Below are positions 15,001 to 25,853 of a DNA stretch of 64,000 nucleotides, in pieces. The translations under genes and the position numbers were made by a program. The notes beneath the pieces were generated by a model. That model was given only the letters and a program-made list of their open reading frames with translations. It was not told the DNA's origin and ran no database searches. Origin of the DNA: Mobula hypostoma (lineage: Eukaryota); NCBI RefSeq assembly GCF_963921235.1, contig NC_086098.1, forward strand, positions 235,166,001 through 235,230,000. Direction: 5' to 3'. Positions within the stretch are counted from its first letter, which is position 1, and the number at the start of each line of letters is the position of its first letter.

Positions 15001-15332
15001 AGCATCTGTGAGACCGGGCAATGAGAGCAACAGTTTAGCGCGCTCAGACCCCGATACTGTAGTCCAAAAGTCTGTAAAAGGTCCGTTTTCAGCGATCAGT
15101 ATTTCTCGTGTTCAGGCGGGAGTTCTAGTAGCCTCCGCACTGTCACCGCCGGGAGTTTACTGAGCGACGCCACCACGTAGAAATAGTTGATGTTGGCGGC
15201 GCGGATTGGGCCCCATCCTGTTGGAACCAAGCGACGGCATTTTGCTCCCCAAACTCCAGCAGTTTCAAAGCGACTGCATTGGCCGACGTGCTCAGTAAGT
15301 CTGGAATCATCCTAGAGTATCGGGACTACCAA

Positions 15333-15523
15333 TGTAGGTTACCGAAAATAAAACGAAGTGAGGCGTTTTATGATTAACAGAACCCCGTAACACATTTTAT
15401 TGAACTTCAAAAAAACGACACAACAAAAACACATCACATCACACCGGCCTCTTAAGGCGAAACCCCAACTCGATGTCGGTGATTGTGAATTATGTACATT
15501 TCTCCTAATTGCGCTACCCTACA
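15333..15523 (-). repeat. 5' LTR of the Gypsy element
   Basis: tgtaggtt...accctaca, adjacent to the PBS at ~15316-15332. Confidence 0.9.
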
Positions 15524-15689
15524 CTACCAGCATCTGCCTTCTGTGGCCGAGTGAATTCTGAACCAGATAACCGAGTTTCTCTGGATCCCGTGCCCCCTGA
15601 CTTTCTGGATGAACTTTCCACGGGGAACCTTGTCAAACCCCTTACTGAAATGCATATGTTCTACATGTGCAGTTTAATTTGGCCCATCG

Positions 15690-16420
15690 TGGCTGAAGGA
15701 TTTGTTTCTGTACTTTGTTGAGCTACATCCTATGTATACTGCATACCCAGAACTGCTGTCACCCATTTGCGCGAAAATAACCTGCGCTATTCTGCCGCCC
15801 CGTCTGGGTAATCTGTGATGAGGTGGATCCGTGGTCATCAATCTCCAGATCTCCATTCCGAGCCTCTTGACCACCTACTGACATCTCTTCACCACTGGTG
15901 GACCAGGGGGAGAGGGAAAACAGAGACAGCGTCTGAATTCTATGGAAAGTTCAGCGTTTGTACCACTGGGCTGTAGACTATCCATGCTGAATAAGGTGAT
16001 GTTTCTCTATTTTCTGTTTGGAAGCGGAGGTCGGTGTGGATAGGGGTAGTGGAGTTGAAGTGAGTGGGAGCCTGGGATTACTGTAGCACACACACAGCAC
16101 AGAGGTTCTGAAAAGTGCTCACCCAGTCTGTAATCGGTCTCACTGATGTAGAGCCGGACACATCGACAGCACCGAGTGCAGCAGACGAGGTTAGAGGGGG
16201 TGCGAGTGAATTTTTGATTCACCTGGAAGGGCTGTTTGGGTTTCTAAAAGGAGGGGGTCGGGACAGGTATGGGGGGGGGTGCGACGGCGAGGGACGAGTA
16301 AACCAGGGAGTGGCAGAGGGTGGTCCCTGCGGAGGGGAAGTTGTGACTGGTGGTGGGATCCTGCGGCAGCCGGGAAATTATGAAAAGCGGTGGAAGCCGG
16401 TGGCTAATACAGTCAGAAGT
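15690..16420 (-). mobile_element. Penelope-like element remnant (GIY-YIG endonuclease)
   Basis: NLVCCTRCCRCVRLYISETDYRLGEHF resembles the Penelope VYCIRCSRCGLLYIGET..RLGDRF motif. Confidence 0.8.
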
Positions 16421-17062
16421 CCAAGAAAGTAGGAAGACCACAGATCTTTTGGCTATTTACTGTGCGGGTTATTTTTAAAACAACGCCATTGGAAAGGAAA
16501 TAAATGCAAATAAATATCTGATTTTGAATTTGGGTCACCTCAACCTCATTAGTCCTGCTGCTTTCGGGACTGAACAATATTCACATTGGGAGCTCAGCAC
16601 AACCAATAAACGAGGCGTCCGCTTGCAGCAAAAGTCTTTGACATTTGGTGAACAAGTTCCAACACTTTCTCCATTCAGCTTTTAAATATTATTTATAATT
16701 CCCTCTTTGAAGGCTCGATTGGTGAATTCGGACCATCCTTGCCAGACCTGGGCGTGGAATCACTCCCGACGTCCAGTCAAACTTGTAATCAAAACTCTAT
16801 ATCACCGCTCCGTAAATTCTCTGGCATTTCCTGGACACTGCGTGTTTACTTCATCGGCAGTTAGAGTATTCTGTGGGTGACATGGTTCATGAGGAGAACT
16901 CGTAGCTTTAATCGGCGGAATGATACACACCAGACAGGTAACAGTAGATAACTGGTGAGCGGCTACAGAGTAAGAGGCTTGTCCGTCGTGGGTCGACCAA
17001 GGGACCGAAGCCGAATTAACGAAAGGTTCTCCTTGTTGGCTCTTCTTCCTCTTCCCTTCCCC

Positions 17063-17296
17063 TCACGCCATCCTGTAGCCCCGCGCCTCCTTCTCCATGT
17101 AGTCTGTCCACGTCGAGGAAGACATGCTCTGATAGGGGTCTAACAGGATCCGGCAGCAGCGAGCAATCAGAAGGCACAGGAAGATGAAGAGGAAGAAAAC
17201 CAACACTAAGGTGGTCTTTTGATCCTGGGTCGCGGTGTGGACGGCTGAACCGGCAGCTGCCTCTGGCAGGATTGTGCTCAAAAGGTCTTCAGTCAT
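17063..17296 (-). CDS. Cortexin family single-pass membrane protein (CTXN2/CTXN3-like), 77 aa
   Basis: QKTTLVLVFFLFIFLCLLIARCCRILLDPYQSMSSSTW matches the cortexin signature EQK..F.FV..L...L..L..RC.RILLDPY..MP.STW. Splice acceptor tttttttccatcatag at 17354-17369 lies upstream of the ATG. Confidence 0.92.
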   Translation of the reverse strand: MTEDLLSTILPEAAAGSAVHTATQDQKTTLVLVFFLFIFLCLLIARCCRILLDPYQSMSSSTWTDYMEKEARGYRMA

Positions 17297-17780
17297 TTCT
17301 GACTCCTCGCCGGCTATCCGAGTCTCTGCTGTGACATGGCTGCTTCGGGGGCCCTATGATGGAAAAAAAGACCACATTTAAAAACTATAAATAATTTGTT
17401 TCGTAAGAACCTATACAGAACTTAAGAGCCTGGTTGGACCAGCGGGGATAACTGCACTGTCCCCATCACTGAACTCTTCCCACAACCCATGGACTCACTT
17501 CCAAGGACTCTTCATCTCATATCCTCGATATTTATTTATTTATTATTATTTTTTTGTATTCGCACAGTTGCCTTTTGCACTGTGATTGTCCGTCCCCTGT
17601 TGAGTGCGGTCTTTCATTGATTGCATTGTGTTTCTTTGTATTTATCGTGAATGCCCGCAAAAAATGAATCTCGGGGTTGTATACGCCGACATATGTGTGC
17701 TTTGATAATGAACAAAATCACTTTTAACTTCGGACGCAGCCTATTTAGCATTATTATACTAATCACTCCAAAATAATTGC

Positions 17781-17852
17781 TGCGATGGCCGGGAATCGAA
17801 CCCGGGTCAACTGCTTGGAAGGCAGCTATGCTCACCACTATACCACCATCGC
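17781..17852 (-). tRNA. tRNA-Gly (TCC)
   Basis: GCGATGGTGGTATAGTGGTGAGCATAGCTGCCTTCCAAGCAGTTGACCCGGGTTCGATTCCCGGCCATCGCA. Complete cloverleaf, T4 terminator at 17770-17773. Confidence 0.98.
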
Positions 17853-18843
17853 CCTGCTGAAAGAAAGTTGTTACTTAGATTAGACGTGCGTAGCTGGTGA
17901 GCGCTGTTTGCTTTTGTTTGCCATTTTCACTAACACTTTGAATGAAAATGCTTTTAACGTGGTTATTACGTTTCGAGATGACATTCGTTGGAGCAGTGGA
18001 CAGCCGAAGAAGGTTAAAGCAAGAAAAGATGGACGGATGTTACCGATACTGGAGGGGTTAGATTATAAGGAAAGGATGGATAAGATGGGGGACTCTTTTT
18101 GCCTGGAGTTTAACAAACTGAGGGGTTCGCGTCCTCCCGGGTTGGGGGGAGTGTAAAACTGGAGCGCACGGGTTTAAGGTGAGAGGAGAGAGATTAAAGG
18201 TTGGCTGGGTGGAAGTGATAAAAGTCGGCTCAATTAAAACTTTTTAAAGAAGATCCTGACATACACGGACACAGCTCCGCTCCGATTCCGGACGGCGGCC
18301 CCACATCCATCACGAAATCTCGCAAGTCAGAAACAACGCAGATCTTCGTCTCACAGCCGAAGAGACCACCGGCAGGGACGGCACCGGAAAAAGCCCTGCA
18401 GCCCAACTGGTGGGCCGTAATTCTTTAAACCTTTCCTATCCATGTCCCAAGAGTGTTTTACATCGATACTGGTAGGACCATTGGTAATGAACATTAAAGG
18501 TGCTTCCCCCCTCCCCCTTTTCCACCCGGCCAAACACTCATACGAACTGTGTTCCTTTGACCTTGGAGAAAGCAGATCCTGGCAGTCAGTGTCTGAACCC
18601 TCTGAAAGTGCCTCGGGTTTTCCACTCCATCAATAGTTGGCGACTCCTAGCCCCAGAATCAGCTCCAACAACCGTGATTTCCAGTTACTGACCTGTTGGC
18701 CATTCTCACCCTCGCTGGGCCCCATTTGTACCGGGAATACTCCGTCAACCTCTCTGCCTTCGTCTCCCTTCCGTTACACCCTCACCTTCACAGAGACGTA
18801 GTTCATCCTTCCTAAAGTCTGGACGGCAGTATACAAATGCAGG

Positions 18844-18933
18844 TCTCTCTCTTTCGCTTCTCTGTTTCTCTCCGTCTCTGTCTCTCCTCGACTCTCTCTC
18901 TCTCTCACCGTCTCTCTCATTCTCTCTCTCTCT
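18844..18933. repeat. (CT)n microsatellite
   Basis: Direct reading. Confidence 0.85.
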
Positions 18934-19179
18934 CGTGTCACACGTTGTTCCGAGAGGAAACGAACATAATCGCAGCAGGTCCGCCTGCTTTCTGTTCTTT
19001 CCCTCAGTAATGAGAATCAGAAAAAAATTATGAGTTTTCAAATAGATGCTTTTCCCCTCATTTTCCCTTCCCGGAACGAAATGAAAAGCAGGCGCCCCGA
19101 ATCGGGAACATTTCTGAAGAATAACAAACTGTAAGCGACCGTGTGTACGATGTACCTGTTCTCAGACTCTGGCATCGGA

Positions 19180-19330
19180 CGGCTGCAACGTGGTTCCTGG
19201 TTGTCCTGGTAACTGCGGCTACACGGTGGTTCCTGGTTGTCCTGGTAACTGCGGCTACACGGTGGTTCCTGGTTGTCCTGGTAACTGCGGCTGCACGGTG
19301 GTTCTTGGTTGTCCTGGTAACTGCGGCTGT
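19180..19330. repeat. 36-bp minisatellite, ~4 copies
   Basis: Unit gcggctacacggtggttcctggttgtcctggtaact. Confidence 0.95.
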
Positions 19331-19485
19331 AGGCTAGAGGGCTCCGCTCACCTGCTGGATGCTGGACAGGTTCGTCCTGCATTGGGCGAATGGACTGTCT
19401 GTCAGTGTGCTCCATAATGATCAATGGTCAGCCTGCATTTGTACGGCGTCCTCAGATCACACCCCAGAGCCCAAAGGTTGCCGCC

Positions 19486-19571
19486 GTGTGTGTGTGTGCG
19501 TGTGTGTGTGTGTGTGTCTGTGCGTGTGTCTGTATATTGTGTGTGTATGTGTCTGTGTGTATATGTGTGTG
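19486..19571. repeat. (TG)n microsatellite
   Basis: Direct reading. Confidence 0.9.
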
Positions 19572-19744
19572 GTACCGTGAGAAATGAGGCGGGCAGATCC
19601 CTCACAGCAAGATCCCAGAGACGGCAGGTAACACCTCCTTTGGTGCCGCTCCCTCACCCTCCGTGAATCATTAACTCCTTGATGATCGATGTCATCCCGA
19701 AGTCGGGGAGGTTTAAATTGTCACCTACCTACAAAACCCACACA

Positions 19745-20355
19745 CTACCGCCCTTCCTCGAGGCGTTACGATCCCTCGGTACTTCTCCTCTCGCAGCGTG
19801 ATGATCCCACAGTACCGTCCCTCCAGCGGTGCGGCGCTCCCTCAGTACCGCTCCTCCCACAACGCAGCGCTCCCTGTACCGCCCCCACATCGCGGCGCTC
19901 CCTCAGTACTGCTCCTCCTCGCAGCGTGGGGCTCCCCTTAGTACAGTATATCCAATTCCCGCAACGTGACGATCCCTCAGTACATCCCTTTCCTTAGTAC
20001 ATTCTCTCTTCGCAGCCTGATGCTCCCTCAGTACATCCCCTCTCCGCCACCCGGGGCTCCCTCAGTATCGCCCTCCAGCAGTGCGGCGCTCCCTCAATAG
20101 CGCTCCCCCACCGCGAGACTCACTCAGTTAGCCTACCCCGCAGCACGGCGCTCCCTCTTTATTCCCCCCCCCCCACAAGTGCGGCGGTTCCTCAGACCAT
20201 TCCGTTCACGGTGCGACGGCATCCCACAATGCGGCGTTCCCTCAGTGTTGCCCCTATGAGTTACTAACCCCTCGGTTCTATCTCTCTGATAGTGCGGCGC
20301 TCCGTCATGACCGCCCTTCCCTCAGTGCGGCGCTCCCTCAGCGCTGCCCCTCTAA
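19745..20355. repeat. Degenerate GC-rich ~33-bp minisatellite
   Basis: Recurrent cagtgcggcgctccctcagtaccgcccctc-like units. Confidence 0.85.
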
Positions 20356-20837
20356 CACGAGTGGATCGTTCATTTATCCTCCGTGACTCGCCGGACAGAG
20401 CTGTGAGGCACAGAGAGCGCTCCGGCGACCAGCTTGGAGGCGCACAGTTCCTGCTCTTACTTTTCTCACGAAGATACTAAATAGAAACGGGCCTCTCCAG
20501 ACATTTGACAATGGATCCTTATAAAAATAACAAAATGTTTAATATATAACAAAGGGCTATAATTAACTGTCAGCTACGAAGTGTAGAAATACCAGACTTT
20601 GGAATTTTGCAAAGAAAAGTTTAAAATTAGACATTTGATTAAAATGCGCGCTAGAAGTTACTATATAGATATGCAGGACAAATGCCAATCGCAGATATTT
20701 AACATTGGAACTTGAAAAAAAAACTTTTTGCAAGAATAAAATGTAGTTAAGAAAAAAAATGAAAATTAAGTATTTCCCACCAGCTGTGCTGCTGAGTTCA
20801 GGGTTGTAGTCAGTACTACAAGCCCCTGATCAGGCAG

Positions 20838-20909
20838 GCGATGGTGGTATAGTGGTGAGCATAGCTGCCTTCCAAGCAGTTGACCCGGGTTCGATTCCCG
20901 GCCATCGCA
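20838..20909 (+). tRNA. tRNA-Gly (TCC)
   Basis: Identical 72-nt sequence to 17781-17852, followed by T-runs (tttattttt). Confidence 0.98.
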
Positions 20910-21239
20910 GTGTTTATTTTTATTTATCTATTTTATATATTTTTGAGACTGTAATCACAGTTTTTTGAATAATCTCACTTCTATCTCCGATTATTTTACA
21001 AAAGTAAATCTAATTTTAGCCTCCTTCACTTTAGTTTAGAACTTTTCTTTGCCAGCATTCGCAAGATTGCCGGTTCAGCCCCATTCGCCAATCAGGTTGC
21101 ACAGTTGTTATGATTGACAGGACATGTTATGTCACGGAGGCGTAGGGGCGGGACTATGAACCATTCCGAGTTTCCAATAGGTGTATCGATCGACCAATCC
21201 AAAAACAAAAAGGACGAAAAGCAGCAAATGCTAGAAATA

Positions 21240-22085
21240 TTGATCAGAATCAGAATCACTTTATTGCCAGTATGTGAAACAGACGAGAATTGATTGTGGT
21301 TCGGTGGCAATCATAAAACACCGGACAATACCATAACAGACAACACATAACAACCAACAAGTCACAGGACAATAGTGCAAACAGACATGAGCAATCAACA
21401 GTTAGCAGAACGGTCACATGTGCAAACGCCAATAATCAAACTTAAATAAATGTGAACATTTGAACAGGCTCAATAATTATCCACAGAGTAGGAAGATCAG
21501 TTACCGGATGTTGTGCAGGGATGACACCTGAGTTGAGTTTTGTTCAGAAGCTGGATAGCTATAGGAAAGAAGCTTCAGAGATTCCGTCTATTTCTGCTAG
21601 TGAGGAGGAATTCAATGTTCAAAGTACTTTGAATCCTGCTAGTGACCATATACAACCCTGAGCTTGGTTCTCTTTCAGGCATTCGTATTAGAACTAAGAA
21701 ATACAATAGAATCAATGAAAAACTACAAACGAAGGCTGACAAAAATAACGTGCAGAAGAAACCCAACTGGGCAAATTCAACACAAAAAAAGCAATAAATA
21801 ATCTGAGAACATGAGCTGTAGAGTCCTTGAAAATGAGCCCATAGGTAGGGGAGTGAGTTCAGTACTGTGGTGAACGAAGCTATCCACGCTGGTTCAAGAG
21901 CCTGGTGGTTAAGGGGTAATAACTGTTCCTGAACCTGTTGCGGTGGGCCCTGAGGCTCCTGTGCCTCTGTCCCGATGGCAACAGCGAGAAGAGAGCATGG
22001 CCTGGATGGTAGGAGGTAGAGGGTCCTTGATAAAGAATGCTGCTTTCCTGAGATTCTCCGTGTAGATGTGCTCGATGGTGGTGAA
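21240..22085 (-). mobile_element. Rex/Babar-type LINE 3' fragments
   Basis: HPGHALFSLLPSGQRHRSLRAHRNRFRNSYYP and an (atcaga)n tail at ~21243. Confidence 0.75.
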
Positions 22086-22614
22086 ACAGAAATAGCGAGG
22101 AAAAGAACGGCAATGTGCCAAAAAGCTTTCTTTACGACCCTATCTATCTGTGATGCCACTTTCAATTAATTATAGACCTGTATTTCCAGATCCCTTTGTT
22201 CTACCGCACTACTGTGTAAGACCTACTCTAATTTCATCTGCCATTTCAGCCCATTTTACCAGCTGGTTCAGATCCCGCTGAAAGCCATGATGGTCTTCCT
22301 CGCTGTCCACTACACCCTAATCTTGATGTCATCTGCAAACATTCTGATCCATGTAACCACACTATCATTCAGATCGTTCATATAGATGACAAACAACAAC
22401 GGACCCAGCACCAGTCACTGCGACACCACTAGTCACACGGGCCTCCGATCAGAGAGGTAACCATCTACCACTTTCTGGCTTCTCCCGCAAAGCTAATATC
22501 TAATCCAATTTACTCCCTGAATGCCGAGTGACTGAATCTTCCCGACCAACCATCATACTGGAGCTTGTAAATGCCTTGCTAAAGTCCATGAAGACAACAT
22601 CATACTGTACTCAT

Positions 22615-23310
22615 ATATCCTGTCTCAGAATATTTTCGGGTAGATGGAGCTCGTCAGCTTGAGAAGGCAGTCCATTTAAGAGAAGAAAACTCTGATTTCA
22701 AACCTCCGCTGCCTTGTGGCCATACCCACTGATGGGAAAGGCTTCGGGAGTAAACCCTGAGGACAAAACCGGAGCTGGAGTCCCTAAGGCAATCCGACGT
22801 TGCCTTCAACCTCATTCTGGCAACTCCTGCGACGACACTGGTGCCAAGCTGTATCGGCCCTTGCCCTTCCCTTGAACAACATCAGTGTCATGGAGAGGGG
22901 AGACTTGCTGCATGGGCAACTGCCGGTCTTCCATACTGTGGTAGACCATGTATATATGTTGTAACTCGGTTACCTGTCTGGACACACCCCTCTGCTAACT
23001 GCCCCTGTGGCTCCTCCCACAGAGTCCTGTATAAAGGTGTTCGTCTTGCCCCTCCCCCTCAGTCCGGGGGCAGACACTCACTGTGGAGGTCGTATTGTAC
23101 AGCGAATAAAAGCCTTTCAGTATTTTTTTTACCAAAAGTTCAGTCTTTTGGAGTAATTGAAGGTGCTTCACATACAACCTTGCCCAGGCCTGCGCCCTGG
23201 AGAGACTGAAGCAAGACTTTCATAATCATAGTCATAGTCATACTTTATTGATCCCGAGGGAAGATCCAGGCGCAGATCCATGGTCTCGCGAGACTAACGA
23301 ATGCCACCAT
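22615..23310 (+). mobile_element. Non-coding RTE-5'UTR-like retroposon containing a solo LTR
   Basis: gaaaactctgatttcaaacctccgctg and ggagtaaaccct...ccggagctggagtccctaaggc; the latter is shared with the element at 61840-62225. Confidence 0.55.
22937..23170 (+). mobile_element. Solo LTR
   Basis: TG...CA ends, CATAC TSD (22932-22936 and 23171-23175), TATAAA near 23030 and AATAAA near 23106. Confidence 0.88.
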
Positions 23311-23964
23311 GAGAATACTTTCCAATAACTTTCACGCTACTGATGTCAGGCCCACCGGCCCATAATTTCCCGGTTTATTTTAGGGCATTTCTTAAACAGC
23401 GGAACAACATTAACTAGCATCCAATCCTCCGCTACCTTACCTGTCAAGAAGGACGATTTAAATATCTCTGCTAGGGCCAATGCAATTTCTGCACTTGCCT
23501 CCCACAGGGTCGGAGGGTACACTTTGTCAGGCCCTGGGGATTTATCCACCCTAATTTGTCTCAAGACAGCAAACACCTCCTCCTCTGTAGCCTCACTTCT
23601 ATAGACTCTGTGTCCGCCTCCCGCGTAAATACAGATACAAAAATAAATCATTTTAAGATCTCCCCCATCTCTTTTGGCTCCACGCATAGATTACCATTCT
23701 GAACTTCCGGAGGATCAGTTTTGTCCCTCACAATACTTTTGCTCTTAATATTTTTGTAGAATCCCTTAGGATTCTCCTTCGTCTTGTCTGATAAGTCAAC
23801 ATCATGCCTTCTTTTAGCTCTCCTGATTTCTTTCTTAAGTGTTCTCTTGCATTTCTAATACGCCATAAGCACCTCATTTGTTCCCGACTGCCTATACCTG
23901 CTATGCACCTCCTTTTTTTCTTAATCAGGGCCTCGATATCTCTTGAAAACCAAGTTTCCAAGCC

Positions 23965-24840
23965 TACACTGGTATCACTCGGAAACTTTTCCTACGTTGC
24001 ATCGACAACTGCACCGGAACTGCTTCCTGCGCCCATGCTGAGCTCGTCGATTTAATCAACTTTGCCTCCAATCTCCAACCTGCCCTCAAATTTACCTGAT
24101 CCATTTCCGACAAACCCCCCCCCCCACTTTCTTGATGAACTCTGGAGACGGTCTATCTACTGATATCTTTTATAAACCCACTGATTCTCACAGCTGTATG
24201 GACTCGTTTCACTTTGTCATTTGTAAAAAGCCGCCCCCTGCTCTCAGTTCCTTCGTCACATCTGCTCTTTCATTCCAGAACTACTGAGATACCCCCCTTC
24301 TTCAAAGAAAGGGGCTTCCCTTCCTCCACCGTCGACGCTGCCCCCATCTCCTCCTTCCGCCATCCAGCCAGGGAGAGGATTCCTCGTCCTCACCTACCAA
24401 CCCACTGGCCTCCGTGTCCAGCACACAACTCTCCTTAACTTCCACCACCTCCAGCGGGATCCCACCACCAAGCACAAGCACATCTCCACCCCCCCACCTC
24501 ACCCCACCCCACCCCGCACTTCCTGCTTTCCACAGGGATCGCTCCCTACGCGACTCCCTTGTCCATTCGTCCCTCCCCACTGATCTCCCTCCTGGTACTT
24601 ACCTTGCAAGTGGAACAAGCGCTGCGCCCGCCTCTACACCCACCCCCTCCCTCACTATCATTCAAGGGCCCAAACAGTCCTTCCAGTTGAGGCGACCCTT
24701 CACCTGCGGGTCCGTTGAGATCGTGCACTGTATCCGGTGCTGCCGGTGTGGCCTCCAATATATCGGTGAGACCGGGCGCAGATTGGGACACGGCTTCGTC
24801 GTCCGCCAGAAAAATCCGCATCTCTCGGTAGCCACCGAAT
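23965..24840 (+). mobile_element. Penelope-like element remnant (RT end plus GIY-YIG)
   Basis: FFKERGFPSS, AFHRDRSLRDSLVHSSLP, VHCIRCCRCGLQYIGETGRRLG. Confidence 0.85.
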
Positions 24841-25355
24841 TCAAACTCGCTCTCGTCCACTGAACGTCCTTTCTGTTCCCCTAACACCCCAGCTCGCCTC
24901 TTCCCCCCTCCCTTCTGAGTCAGAGAGTCAGACTCAGTGCCAGAGACCAGACCCGCTGTGACTTCCCTCGGTTGGGTCAACTAAACAAACAATTCACAGT
25001 CCCCGAAAGGGAGTCCACAAGCTGCGCAGTTAGTTCAGCGCTCCGGCGAGTGAAGCCAGTCCCGGCAACAACCGCTCTGGAACCCGACGGCATAGGCCCC
25101 AAGACGCCGGCACCTCTCATCCCACGGCCGTAGCAAGAGAGGGAGACTGGCTAAACGTAGACAGATAGCGATAAGCGTCTGTTCGTTTACCATTCTTGGC
25201 CCCAAAGATCTTAACCTTGTTCGACGCATTGATCGGCGTGGGTTAATGGAACCGACCCTGGGTCCGTCCTTCCGCAGTCAGACCTCGGTCCTGCAGTCTC
25301 GGGACTTTAGTTCGCCCACTTCCCCAGCAGATAGTAAAATCGCCGGTTCATTTTT

Positions 25356-25770
25356 CAGTACAATGGTTTCCGGTTCAATGGGACACACCTTGGCCAGTAA
25401 ATTTTGGCCCAATTAAGCAGATGCCCCACTTAGCCGAAGTTTCATGGGAATAATTAAAAGGGTACAAAAATAAACTAGTGTAGCTGAGTAACACATTATG
25501 TATTTAAATGAATTATAGAACCAATTAGAACACCACCAATACAACAACAGTGCTATAAAACTGTGTGTTAGCTCCTAATAGTTATCAACGGAGGAATCCG
25601 TTCAGTGTATACTGCCGTGTTCTTTTGAGTGACTGTAAATGAACAAATTAGCAAAGAAATCTAGTGTAGATAATGGACTGCATTCATACAATACTTTTGA
25701 GGATTGCATCCTCCAAATCTTAATTTTCATTGTAACATTCAAGATAATAGTTAATACCTTCAAACTTTTG
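25356..25770. mobile_element. Probable Tigger/pogo-like DNA transposon remnant
   Basis: Begins cagtaca...ccggttcaatgggaca, resembling a TIR; partner TIR not found. Confidence 0.4.
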
Positions 25771-25847
25771 AAACCAGTGAGAAGTTTTGAAATGTGATCT
25801 AATGTCTTACTAAAAAATTGACCAAGACAATTTCATTTTAAAGTGGT

Positions 25848-25853
25848 TTTATT
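25848..25853 (-). terminator. SSR2: Probable SSR2 polyadenylation signal
   Basis: AATAAA on the minus strand ~820 nt after the stop, followed by T/GT-rich sequence. Confidence 0.65.

Larger units (their letters stand above)
2692..15523 (-). mobile_element. Gypsy/Ty3 LTR retrotransposon, full extent, degenerate, with nested LINEs
   Basis: Two homologous TG...CA LTRs (2692-2883 and 15333-15523). CTAC TSD at 2688-2691 and 15524-15527. PBS-like TTGGTAGTCCCGA beside the 5' LTR and a purine tract near 2895-2910. Minus-strand gag (ANAVALKL...YFYVVASL), protease, RT (GYHQVPV, GLKNAAQTFQ), RNase H and integrase (HLLTMVDSTSRWPEVVPL) remnants in Gypsy order. Confidence 0.93.
22105..23960 (-). mobile_element. 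CR1 RT fragment, interrupted at ~22615-23310
   Basis: VDKSPGPDKVYP...WMLVNVVPLFKK and KVASQIDRVVKKAF. Confidence 0.8.

Noticed and set aside
19180-19330. 36-bp repeats of CRISPR-like length
   Set aside because: Head-to-tail with no spacers, no cas genes, vertebrate DNA
19038-19666. Repetitive ORFs (SRSYQDNQEPPC)n and CV-rich ORFs
   Set aside because: By-products of the 36-bp minisatellite and (TG)n; no coding evidence
25030-25055. REST/NRSE-like sites near cortexin (also ~20385)
   Set aside because: Only half-site matches
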